From contig JANNBC010000052.1 of assembly GCA_031385045.1 (NCBI GenBank), positions 96,001 to 160,000 on the forward strand: 64,000 bases of DNA. Direction: 5' to 3'. Every line of letters begins with the position of its first letter. The first letter of the stretch is position 1. Made by a program: the position numbers and the translations under genes. The DNA comes from a bacterium (GTDB lineage Bacteria > Bdellovibrionota_C > UBA2361 > CALJRW01). The notes under the pieces were generated by a model. The model did not search any database, was not told the DNA's origin, and saw only the letters and a list, made by a program, of their open reading frames with translations. Of the stretch, positions 39,228 to 48,796 are shown piece after piece.

Positions 39228-39805
39228 GATCGTTTCTTAAGTCTTGCTTGCAGGCCATTAATTACTGCATCCGCAAGATTATTATCTTCCCAATATCCAG
39301 GATCTGTTGCTAGATCAGCAATCTGAGCGGATGATAAAAGTCGATCTTGTCCATCTTTTAATCCTAATTTGCTCATTGCAGTAATTAGTAGCTCACTGAT
39401 ATCTTCAGGTTTTACAGTTAATGCTGCGATAACGGCTAAGCGTCTTACTTGCATTTCTGGTGTGAAGACTGGAGCTGGTGGTAAAACTACAATTTCTTGT
39501 AATGCTTGAGGTTCTTGGACGACAGGCTCCTGTCTAATTTGCTTAGGTAGTGCATTATATCTTGTCAGCAACGCTGGTGGAATAGTTGGATCGGTACTTT
39601 GGAGGTTTTGAATAACTTGAATACCTTGATTTGGTAAATAAAACCTAGCTTTGATCAGTTCGCTAGATGTTCTAGTCGCTCTAAGCGCTGGGCTTAAATT
39701 CGCTATTTCTATTAGGCTTGGGTCATTAGTAACCGCAGCAAGCATGGTAATAATTTCAGCTAATTTAGGATTGATTGCAGTGGCTAGTGGCGCAGCTTGA
39801 GACAT
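39224..39805 (-). CDS. Hypothetical protein
   Basis: 193-aa ORF with SD AAGGAG and its own predicted promoter (TTGCTT-17-TATACT, 39866-39838). Confidence 0.6.
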   Translation of the reverse strand: MSQAAPLATAINPKLAEIITMLAAVTNDPSLIEIANLSPALRATRTSSELIKARFYLPNQGIQVIQNLQSTDPTIPPALLTRYNALPKQIRQEPVVQEPQALQEIVVLPPAPVFTPEMQVRRLAVIAALTVKPEDISELLITAMSKLGLKDGQDRLLSSAQIADLATDPGYWEDNNLADAVINGLQARLKKRS

Positions 39806-39851
39806 CTAATACTCCTTGAAAGATAATTCCAGCAAGGAGTATAAGGAGATC

Positions 39852-41378
39852 TTAATTGCTAAGCAAACTTCTGCCAGTCATTACTGTTGGTTGTTTAAGC
39901 CCCATTAGTTCTAACACTGTTGGCGCAACATCGGCTAAGCAAGCATCCGCTAACTGCTTAATATTTCTATTAGTATTAAATAAAATTATTGGAACTGGGA
40001 AAGTTGTATGGGCAGTGTGTGGGCTACCATCAGCCTTAATCATTTGCTCGGCATTTCCATGGTCAGCAATGATCACAGCCTGTCCGTCCTTGGCTTTGAG
40101 ACTAATTAAAATTTCACCAAGACAACCATCCACATACTCCACAGCTTTGATTGCAGCTTCCATAACTCCAGTGTGTCCCACCATGTCGCAGTTAGCAAAG
40201 TTTACTACAATTAGATCGTAATTTGCACTTTCGATGGCATTTAAAACTGCTTCCATGACTTCATGTGCGCTCATTTCTGGTTTTAGGTCGTAAGTCTTTA
40301 CATCTCTTGGCGATGGCTGTAGCGAGCGATATTCTTCTTTATTTACTTCATCAGATAGTCCATTAAAGAAATAAGTAACATGAGGATATTTTTCTGTCTC
40401 AGCAATTCTAATTTGTTTACCGCCAGCATCAGCCACAACTTCTCCTAAGCTTTTAGTAATATGTGTTTGCTCAAATAAATAGTTGAGTCCAAAATCTTTT
40501 TCATAGTCAGTAAAGCAAAGAAGATGATTCTTTTGTGGTAAAGAATTCTCTCTAGCAAAGCCAGTAAAGTCTTCTAAGCAAATAGCACTCACTAGTTGAC
40601 GCATTCGATCTGCTCGGAAGTTCCAAAATAGCACGGCACTATCAGCGGCAATGCTTGGAGCATTATTAATAATTGCTGGCTCGATAAATTCATCAAAAAT
40701 ATTTTGACTGTAAGAAGTCTGGATATAATCGGAGGCTTTTTTAGCTTCTTGTCCTTCACCACAAACATAACAACGATAAGCTTTCTCCGTTCTATCCCAG
40801 CGCATATCGCGATCCATGCTATGATAACGTCCACAGACTGAAGCAATTTGAACTTGATCCTGGTTTCTTAATAGATCTTCTAATTCTCTTACTTGATCTA
40901 GTGATCTAGTAGGAGAGACATCCCGTCCGTCCGTAATTAGATGTAAATAAATTTTACCTTTAAATTCATCTTTTAGAATTTCAATTAACTGAATTAAATG
41001 ATCTTTATTAGAATGAACTCCGCCATCGCTAAAGAGTCCAACTAGGTGAATATCGCGACAAGTAAGTAAGCCTTCCGAGAACTTTTGATAATTAGCATTG
41101 GTGCTGAGGTATTCGCGGTTAAGTCTTCTTGCAATTAAGACTAGCCATTGTTCTACCACTCGTCCGGCACCCATATTTAAATGTCCGACTTCGGAGTTGC
41201 CCATTTGGCCGGCAGGTAGTCCAACTAACTCACCATGAGTTGTGAGAGTTGAGTGGGGCGCGCTTTTAAATAATTCATCCAAAGTTGGCGTATTGGCTGC
41301 GGCAACAGCATTGCCGTATGTACTTGGGTTTAGTCCTAGCCCATCAAGAACGCAAAGTAAGGTAGTTTTTTTCATCAT
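39852..41378 (-). CDS. gpmI: 2,3-bisphosphoglycerate-independent phosphoglycerate mutase
   Basis: LDG, GQMGNSEVGH, DGGVHS, DGRD, NFRADR, AETEKYPHVT, DMVGH, ADHGN. Confidence 0.97.
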   Translation of the reverse strand: MMKKTTLLCVLDGLGLNPSTYGNAVAAANTPTLDELFKSAPHSTLTTHGELVGLPAGQMGNSEVGHLNMGAGRVVEQWLVLIARRLNREYLSTNANYQKFSEGLLTCRDIHLVGLFSDGGVHSNKDHLIQLIEILKDEFKGKIYLHLITDGRDVSPTRSLDQVRELEDLLRNQDQVQIASVCGRYHSMDRDMRWDRTEKAYRCYVCGEGQEAKKASDYIQTSYSQNIFDEFIEPAIINNAPSIAADSAVLFWNFRADRMRQLVSAICLEDFTGFARENSLPQKNHLLCFTDYEKDFGLNYLFEQTHITKSLGEVVADAGGKQIRIAETEKYPHVTYFFNGLSDEVNKEEYRSLQPSPRDVKTYDLKPEMSAHEVMEAVLNAIESANYDLIVVNFANCDMVGHTGVMEAAIKAVEYVDGCLGEILISLKAKDGQAVIIADHGNAEQMIKADGSPHTAHTTFPVPIILFNTNRNIKQLADACLADVAPTVLELMGLKQPTVMTGRSLLSN

Positions 41379-41398
41379 TAGTATTTTAAAATTAAGTC

Positions 41399-42727
41399 TT
41401 AGGGAGTAGACAATTTAGGAGCTGGTTGCTCTCTAGTAAAGGCAGTTTTATTTTTATTTTCATCAGAAATCAAGGACTGATCAAGTTTAAAATCTGTCCC
41501 ACTAAGTTTCACCCAAAGCTTCGTGGCCTCTTGATTTTTACCAAGACGATTTAAGCAAAGCCCTTTTAGAAAAACAAATTCTTTCTGTAAGTTTTTAGTT
41601 AGGCTGGAAAGTGATTGTTCGCTACTAAAAGTATTTAGCAAGCTTTCGCTCTCTTCAACATTGCCTAATGCCAAATTAACTTTAATCAAATCAAGTTGAG
41701 CTTGTGCTAATTCCAATCCAGTTAGGTTTTTTAAAGCAGCTTTTGTTGCTAATAAAGCTTTATCTGGATGTCCTTGATCAATTAGCATCTGAATTGCTTT
41801 ATTCCAGTGGTCAGGATTTTTACTGATCTTACTAGATTTTAAATATAATTCTGCTGATTCTAAAAAGTTTTGATTTCTTTCTTCTAGATCAGCGATTGCT
41901 AAGATTGCTGGTAGGTAATCCTTATATTTTTTAAGAAACTTGTTCAGTTCTTTGATTTGGACACTTCTTCCTTCGTTTGTTTCTGGCATAGAATCAAGGC
42001 AAATTTTTTGAAACTCAATTCTTGATTGAAATTCCTGATAATCTGAAACATTGCCAAGTTCCACAGCACGCTCGTTATACTCCAAGGCATCTGCTAAGCG
42101 ATTAATTTTTTCTGATAAGTTACGGGCTAACAAAGCCGCTTTTTGATTAGGATGTTTTGCTAAAATTAAAGCTAAATTATCTAGTGCTGCCGTATAGTTG
42201 GAGTTGGCAATGTTTAAATCTGTTGCCCTAAATAAAACTTCGACATTTTCAGGAGCAGTCATTCTGGCTTGATCAATTCTTTTTAGGGCTTCATTTGGTT
42301 TTCCTTGTTGCTCAAGGATTTTAGAAATTTCTACATTACTTAATACCTTAGAAGGATCTAGGCTTAAAATTTTTTCCCAAATACCTTGAGCTTTCGTCCA
42401 ATCCTTTGCCGCCATCGCCTCGCGGGCATCCAACATAGTTTTTATAAAGGTGTCTCTTTTTTTAACATCATATTCTACAAATTTTCTTTGAATTAATCCG
42501 CGAAACATCATCCATGATGTAAAAATCCAAGCAACAATAAACCCTAGGGCAAAGAAGCCAATCACAACTAATCCTAAGTTGAAGTTTTCTAATTTAGTTC
42601 CGGATGTGAGACCCGGGATATTTGGTAGCAAAACTAAGTCAACTGCTACAGAGTTAGCAATTACTAAAAAGGCGACAATAACAATTAGTATTATAATTGA
42701 AAGAATGTAGAGAGTTTTTTTTAACAT
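41399..42727 (-). CDS. Membrane protein with LapA-like N-terminal TMs and tetratricopeptide repeats
   Basis: Two N-terminal TMs followed by repeated helical TPR-like units. Confidence 0.65.
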   Translation of the reverse strand: MLKKTLYILSIIILIVIVAFLVIANSVAVDLVLLPNIPGLTSGTKLENFNLGLVVIGFFALGFIVAWIFTSWMMFRGLIQRKFVEYDVKKRDTFIKTMLDAREAMAAKDWTKAQGIWEKILSLDPSKVLSNVEISKILEQQGKPNEALKRIDQARMTAPENVEVLFRATDLNIANSNYTAALDNLALILAKHPNQKAALLARNLSEKINRLADALEYNERAVELGNVSDYQEFQSRIEFQKICLDSMPETNEGRSVQIKELNKFLKKYKDYLPAILAIADLEERNQNFLESAELYLKSSKISKNPDHWNKAIQMLIDQGHPDKALLATKAALKNLTGLELAQAQLDLIKVNLALGNVEESESLLNTFSSEQSLSSLTKNLQKEFVFLKGLCLNRLGKNQEATKLWVKLSGTDFKLDQSLISDENKNKTAFTREQPAPKLSTP

Positions 42728-43099
42728 GGAGAATGTTTAGGTAAATTTCCAAAATGATAACAATATTTATAGCCTAGTTTAAGCATTTTGGGTATCTTTT
42801 CGGTAAAATACTGCTTGAAAGCACAGTGTCTTTAGCTTGTTAAGATTTGCTTGAGGTGTATAATCAGTTCGTCAATTAGAGCTTATAAAGCTCCTGAAAA
42901 CATCACGATAGTCATGCTTTGGTGCTTATCCTAAAATTCACTAACTAGACAGATATAGTAAAACCTATTGGGTTTTCCTAACAGCTTGGAAAAAATCTAA
43001 TAGATTTTTTAGTATTTTCGCTTTTAGTATATTTATAGTTTAGCTTTAAAGAAACTGAGTAATTTTGCCGATACTTAATTATTGATAATTTAAGCTAGA

Positions 43100-45058
43100 A
43101 TGAATTATTCTCGAAATATAATTTTACTATTATTTTTACTTTTCGCGAGCCTGTTAAATGCTGAGACTCGAGTAAAGGTGAATGCCGAGAACATTGACTC
43201 TTTTCAGGTTTTAACTAAATCAAATCCTCCCGTTGTATGTTATTTGGATGATTATACCCTTGGGACTCTTTCCACTGCTAAATTAAAAATAGGAAGTATT
43301 TGGACTTACAGACAAATTACGGATGTTGATCAAGCATTAGCCAAGTATCAACAAAAACTAAAGAAAGCCAAAAAAAATCATCGCGCAGAAGCAATTGCTA
43401 GGTTAAAAATTAAAGTTAAAACTCAGAAGCGATTGCAAAGATCTTTAAATGATTCAATTTCTGAGTGCATTGATCCCAGTCCTGATGGCCAATTCCTTGG
43501 TGCTGCCGATAGTTTAACTGCTTATCGGGAAAGTTTAACTGACGCTGAAGTTCAACATATTTTAAGAAAGGTTGCTTTTGGTGGTAATCCACAATTAGTA
43601 CAAATTGCTAAAGAGCAGGGGCTTAGTGCTTTAGTTGATGCGCTAATAGATGGTGACGATCAGGAAACTCAGCTGATGGCTAAAGCAATGGAGTTTGGCA
43701 GTCAGGGACTTTACTATGAAGATGAAAATCCTGATTATCCAATTTATACTCCTTACGTTTTACGCGCAGCCCAAGTATACCGATTCATTTATTCTCCTAA
43801 ACCATTTAAGGAGTGGATGCTCTTAAATTTGAATGGGCATTTTGCTGTTAATCTAAATCGAGTTGGATTTGCCTATAGTAGCTATAGTCATTTAGGGATG
43901 AAAGAGCACTGGGACTTATTGATTAATAATTCCATGGGGAATTTTAAAGATCTAACTTTGGGAATGTTACAGGATAAGGCTATGAATTTCTGGTTAGATA
44001 ATAAAGATAACCAAGTTGGTGCTCCTAATCAGAACTTTGCCAGAGAACTATTAGAATTATTTATTCTAGGTCGTTTAGATCCAGTTACTGGTCTTCCTAA
44101 CTATCAGGAAGAATCAGTGATCGCATCGACTGGATTTCTAAGTGGATATTTTGAAGATGCGGAGTATGATGCTCCCTATGATCAGTATCGACTAAAGATA
44201 AGTTTCGAGGACGAGTTACATGATCCTACTGAACGCCAAGTTTTTGCTGGAATTAGTGGCGCGGATTCCACACAAACTTTTTATCCAGCAGGTTTTATCA
44301 ATCATGTTTTCAATCAACACCCTGGTGCTCCTAGATTTATTGCCGAGCGCTTTGCTGGCACAATGTTATATCCTGGTCTTCCCGAAAATGTAGTTGCAGA
44401 ACTTGCAGACTTATTAAAATCCTCTAATTATGAATTAAAGCCATTTTATAAAAAAATTCTAAAATCACAGGCATTTTTTTCAACAGCCGCTCAAGCTAGT
44501 TGTTTTGCGTCACCAATTGAAGAAATCATTACTCTTGCTAGGAAAATATTTCCTCAAAATCTAATATCTTCTGGTGAAACTGGAGAACGAGCTTTTTACA
44601 CTTTAGTGGATATTGCTGATAACGCTGGTGCGGCAGGTCAGTCACTTTTTGAGCCACCATCAGTTTTTGGATGGAAGGGATCGTGTAACATTAATCGTAA
44701 TGGTAGTAAGGCTTATGGAGAAGGTTGGATTAAAACTCAGCGTTTATTAAGTCGGACAACAGCTTGTACCGCTTTGATGGATTCTTTAAATTGGTATGGA
44801 CTTGATTTATTAGCTGCAACTAATTTGCCTGTTGATTCTACTCCGCAAGAAATTGTTGATCAGCTAGCAGCTAAATTTTCTACGCAACCTCTGCTAGCAG
44901 CTGAACAAGAATTAATCATTAATTACTTAACAACTTTTCGAGGTGAAGACTATGACTATCAAGACGATCCTGATTTATCAGAGGACTGGGTAGTTAAAGC
45001 AAAGATTCCTCGAGCCATTTGTTTAATTTATGATTTAGGTTTTAATAATTTTCGTTAA
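43100..45058 (+). CDS. DUF1800 family exported protein
   Basis: Signal peptide; HILRKVAFG, HFA, AMNFWLDN, NQNFARELLELFILG, GQSLFEPPSVFGW. Confidence 0.88.
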   Translation: MNYSRNIILLLFLLFASLLNAETRVKVNAENIDSFQVLTKSNPPVVCYLDDYTLGTLSTAKLKIGSIWTYRQITDVDQALAKYQQKLKKAKKNHRAEAIARLKIKVKTQKRLQRSLNDSISECIDPSPDGQFLGAADSLTAYRESLTDAEVQHILRKVAFGGNPQLVQIAKEQGLSALVDALIDGDDQETQLMAKAMEFGSQGLYYEDENPDYPIYTPYVLRAAQVYRFIYSPKPFKEWMLLNLNGHFAVNLNRVGFAYSSYSHLGMKEHWDLLINNSMGNFKDLTLGMLQDKAMNFWLDNKDNQVGAPNQNFARELLELFILGRLDPVTGLPNYQEESVIASTGFLSGYFEDAEYDAPYDQYRLKISFEDELHDPTERQVFAGISGADSTQTFYPAGFINHVFNQHPGAPRFIAERFAGTMLYPGLPENVVAELADLLKSSNYELKPFYKKILKSQAFFSTAAQASCFASPIEEIITLARKIFPQNLISSGETGERAFYTLVDIADNAGAAGQSLFEPPSVFGWKGSCNINRNGSKAYGEGWIKTQRLLSRTTACTALMDSLNWYGLDLLAATNLPVDSTPQEIVDQLAAKFSTQPLLAAEQELIINYLTTFRGEDYDYQDDPDLSEDWVVKAKIPRAICLIYDLGFNNFR

Positions 45059-45065
45059 GGGTCAG

Positions 45066-46412
45066 ATGCAACATATAACTAGGCGAAGTTTTTTAACATT
45101 ATGTGCTCAAGGGGCAGGGATGGTAGCCTTTTCTAGTATGTTAAGTCCTAGGCTGTTGATGGCTCAAAGTCCAACGGGGACGAATAAAAACTTTGTGATT
45201 ATTAATCTTTACGGTGGAATGGATGGCTTGTCGGCGATGCCTTATTTCTCAGGGTCAATTGCCGATCTCTTAAACACTCAACTTCGTCCAACCTTAGCGG
45301 CTAATCCGGCAAGTGTTATTCCCGCACTGGGACAAGAAGGATCTGCTAATAAAATTGGTTTTCATCCAGCACTCAAACCATTAACTGATGTAGCACTTAG
45401 TAAATTAGCCATTGTTCAGAGTTATGGAATTCCTGGAGATCCAGGGAGAAGTCATGATACTTGTCAGATCTTAATGAGTCTGGGCGCTGCTAAAATTCAA
45501 GGTACAGAAATGGTTGGCTTCTTAGCTCGCTTAATGGATTTAGAAAATTGGGAGTCCTACCAGTACTGGGCTTTTAATGTGGAAAATAACGCTGATATTA
45601 ATACCAAAAAAAATCCTCCAATTATTTTAAATGACTTAGCTTCATTATCATTTCCCAGAGCTGGTTGGGAAAGTGAGCGAGAGACAGCCTTTGCTGCTGA
45701 GATTGCCGAATCATTAGTGCAAGTCAGAACTTCACAATCTGGGCTAGGCAAGCTTCATGCTGAGACTTCAGACTTAATGCATAAAACAATTGCTTTAGTA
45801 AAAAATAATATTGCCAGCCAAATTGTTGGTAATAACGTTGCCGGAAATTACAATCAGACTCCGCTTGGGAAAAGCCTGCGGGATGTTGCCAAGATTATTA
45901 AAGCAAAAAAATCTGGTAACACGGAAGAGCTAACTGGTAAGGATAATTTGTTTCTACTTGGGCAAGGTGGGTATGATACGCACAGTGACCAAAACAACCC
46001 TGATTCTAATGAGGGAAATATTGCCGGACAACTTGGAGGTTTAGGTTCAAGCTTAGCAGTTTTTTATAAAGACTTAGAAGCTATGGGTGCCTTGGATGAT
46101 ACTGTAATAGTTGTCTATTCTGAGTTTGGTCGTACTTGCTATGAGAATGGCACATCTGGAAACTTGTCAGTCGGCACAGATCATGGGCATGCTAGTAATA
46201 CTTTTATTTTAGGTGGGCCAGTGCGGGCAGGTGTCTATGGTGATTTACCAACTTCTCAAGAATTATCAAATCAAGATTATAATGCGCTACTTCCGAAAGT
46301 TGATTTTAGAGATATTTTTGCTGATGTCTTACAATGGTTAAACGTTACTCCGAGTGAAGTTTTTACTGATGATGATTATCATCGACAGACGGTTGGTTTT
46401 CTTCAGACCTAA
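45066..46412 (+). CDS. DUF1501 family Tat-exported protein
   Basis: TRRSFL Tat motif; LYGGMDGLS, RSH, GGYDTH, SEFGR, GTDHG. Confidence 0.9.
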   Translation: MQHITRRSFLTLCAQGAGMVAFSSMLSPRLLMAQSPTGTNKNFVIINLYGGMDGLSAMPYFSGSIADLLNTQLRPTLAANPASVIPALGQEGSANKIGFHPALKPLTDVALSKLAIVQSYGIPGDPGRSHDTCQILMSLGAAKIQGTEMVGFLARLMDLENWESYQYWAFNVENNADINTKKNPPIILNDLASLSFPRAGWESERETAFAAEIAESLVQVRTSQSGLGKLHAETSDLMHKTIALVKNNIASQIVGNNVAGNYNQTPLGKSLRDVAKIIKAKKSGNTEELTGKDNLFLLGQGGYDTHSDQNNPDSNEGNIAGQLGGLGSSLAVFYKDLEAMGALDDTVIVVYSEFGRTCYENGTSGNLSVGTDHGHASNTFILGGPVRAGVYGDLPTSQELSNQDYNALLPKVDFRDIFADVLQWLNVTPSEVFTDDDYHRQTVGFLQT

Positions 46413-46416
46413 TTTG

Positions 46417-47523
46417 TTAAAAGCTTTTACAAATTGACGATAGAGTTTTAAAGCAAAGTTCTTGCACAACTCCGCGATGTCCTTCCACTGGTTTACACGT
46501 CACACTTGCAACAACTATTCCTTGGTATTCGGCTACAGTCCATTGCTTTAGCCCATCAATGACTGGGAAGTAGGTAGGATGATAAAAGGAGTTAGGCAGC
46601 TGACCAATAAGTGTTCCGGTCTTAGCATAGATTTTTTCATGAGCTAAGTCTGGAAAAATCGCTTGAGCCCTTTTGTGAGCAGTGCCCGTGCTAACTACGC
46701 CCGCCAGCATCTCACGTAAGTCTTTTAAAATGTTGGAAGAGGCGATACTCGTTTCTGGAAATTCTGATTTTAGCAAAAGAGATTTCTTATCAGCTAAGAT
46801 TTCTACGTCAGGTAACTTACCATCAGTTGTAATCGCTGCTAGTAGCCGAGCTTGATGTAGACAATTGGTGTAGCTACTATGAAAGCCACTTGCTAGGCGA
46901 CCTAACTTTAATAGTTGTTTTGATTCTGAGCCGCCACGGAGTGGGGTATCATCAATTGTTGGAGGTGGGATTTTCAGATCAGATAATCTTTGATTGTTAT
47001 ATCCGCAACGATTGGCAACTTGTAAGAATTGATTAAGTTTATCTTCGGCACTTCCTGGAAGTTGCCAAAAGAATTTAGCGATTGCTAAAGCATTAGAATA
47101 GGCAAAAGCATTTTTTAGATTTGTTAGGCGTGGTGGTTCTTCCTTAGTTTGTATTGCTTGATAGTTGGGAGCTATTTGATAGCGAGCGGGGTAGGAAGTC
47201 TCCTGATCTAATCTTACTCCAGATTCTAGCAGATAGATTGCGGTAATAATTTTAACTAGCGAAGCAGCTGGAAAGTTAGTCAGGGCGATGTTGGTATTTT
47301 TTAGGTTAGATTTGGAGGCTATCCCTAGCACTGTGCCATTCTTAGCATCTAAAACTACCGAAGCTGCGTGTGTTGTCGCAGTCTGATCTACTAATGCGGT
47401 AGTTAATTTTTGGATACTAGGATTTTTGCCGGTTAGTATTGCTTGAGAATCAATCTGTTGACCATGGTTTGGTAAGTAGCCATGGCCAGATTGCCTAAAA
47501 AAGAGTGCTTGATCAGAAAACAT
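46417..47523 (-). CDS. Penicillin-binding protein transpeptidase-domain protein
   Basis: VVLDAKNGTVLG, ASLVK (SxxK), GTA, KTGT; no signal peptide or TM. Confidence 0.75.
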   Translation of the reverse strand: MFSDQALFFRQSGHGYLPNHGQQIDSQAILTGKNPSIQKLTTALVDQTATTHAASVVLDAKNGTVLGIASKSNLKNTNIALTNFPAASLVKIITAIYLLESGVRLDQETSYPARYQIAPNYQAIQTKEEPPRLTNLKNAFAYSNALAIAKFFWQLPGSAEDKLNQFLQVANRCGYNNQRLSDLKIPPPTIDDTPLRGGSESKQLLKLGRLASGFHSSYTNCLHQARLLAAITTDGKLPDVEILADKKSLLLKSEFPETSIASSNILKDLREMLAGVVSTGTAHKRAQAIFPDLAHEKIYAKTGTLIGQLPNSFYHPTYFPVIDGLKQWTVAEYQGIVVASVTCKPVEGHRGVVQELCFKTLSSICKSF

Positions 47524-47611
47524 AATTAGAGATCCCCTTAACTTACTCTAATAGATATTAATTCTTAAGCAAATAAATATTTATTCTGAAACAATCTTCG
47601 TTACAGTGTCT

Positions 47612-48634
47612 TCATGATTTCAATAAGATCTTTTTCTGCTGCACTGTTTGTTGAATTATACAAATTAATGCGGGAAGAATGATCAAGGTAAATGGGACTA
47701 AAAAAAGGCGCGTTTCCTCAACTCTGGCATAGCAAAAGTGGATGATTAACCAGATCGGAATGATTAGCCAGAAGCAATTTTTTAGAATTTTTGGCCATCT
47801 TTTAAAAAATACCAAAGCAATCAAGGGCGCTAGGTTGTATGTCCAAAAAATTTCACGATAACTTGTGAGGCTAGAAATATTTTCGATTAGAGAACCAGTA
47901 ATTTGAGGCTCTTGATAGCCGAAATAGCATCTTATTGCATAAAAGGGAATGGTAAAGGCTATGATATTAAGAGTCGAATAGTAAGCTAACTTTTTATTCT
48001 CGGCATTAAATTTCCAGTCCTTCGTTAGTAGGATCGGAAATAGGCAAATCAAAAAGCCAGTCTCTCGATTCGTTGCTGCTAAGAAACATAATGGTATTAG
48101 TAATAGCAACCTTTGTTGGAGTAGGGCAATCAGGGCAAGTTGATAAAAGATAATGTCAAAGTAATTATCAAAAGATAATCCACTATTATAGTGGGCAACA
48201 GAGAATGTATAACCAAGAGTCAGAATCGAAAGGATTTTTAAAAAGTAATGATCAATTTCTAAAAGCTTAAGTAGGTAAAGAGATAGTAAGAATATAATTA
48301 TATTTTGTAGAAAACGTAATAATAAATAGGGGTAGAGGGTTACATAGCTAACTCTTAACTCGTTCATATTTTGTAGGCTGCTACTAGGGGTCTCATGTTG
48401 CCGAAAGGAGTCATTTTGCCTAAAGGCTTTGATTATTCCTTCTAAAACAATTGCCGACATAATCCGATATTGCCAGGGGTTAAAATTTTCAGCTTGCGCA
48501 TTTAGTAATTGATGATGTCGCAGTACTTGATATTGGAGTGGAAGGGATTCGGGATCTTTTATTTGAAATTTTAAAGAGAGTGCCGAAGTAAGGATACATA
48601 GCAATAGCAGGAAGAACAGGCCAAGTTTTGACAT
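47612..48634 (-). CDS. Hypothetical polytopic membrane protein (possibly GT-C-like)
   Basis: Many TMs; PWQYR, NRET and ETRLF loops; extended -10 TGcTACCTT 6 nt before the ATG. Confidence 0.6.
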   Translation of the reverse strand: MSKLGLFFLLLLCILTSALSLKFQIKDPESLPLQYQVLRHHQLLNAQAENFNPWQYRIMSAIVLEGIIKAFRQNDSFRQHETPSSSLQNMNELRVSYVTLYPYLLLRFLQNIIIFLLSLYLLKLLEIDHYFLKILSILTLGYTFSVAHYNSGLSFDNYFDIIFYQLALIALLQQRLLLLIPLCFLAATNRETGFLICLFPILLTKDWKFNAENKKLAYYSTLNIIAFTIPFYAIRCYFGYQEPQITGSLIENISSLTSYREIFWTYNLAPLIALVFFKRWPKILKNCFWLIIPIWLIIHFCYARVEETRLFLVPFTLIILPALICIIQQTVQQKKILLKS

Positions 48635-48756
48635 GGCTTAAAGGTAGCATTTGTCCTTAAAGATCAAAAGATCTTGTTAGCCTTCAGAGTTTTATTTTTT
48701 AACCCTCAAGAGTCCGCTATATTTTGAGTGAATATATTTTAAGAGAGGAAAGGGGA

Positions 48757-48787
48757 CACTGATGGAGACATTCTTTGTCTCCATCAG
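48757..48787 (-). terminator. Hairpin downstream of hppA
   Basis: ACTGATGGAGACA-TTCTT-TGTCTCCATCAGT, followed on the minus strand by a pyrimidine-rich tract. Confidence 0.6.
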
Positions 48788-48796
48788 TTATTGTAA

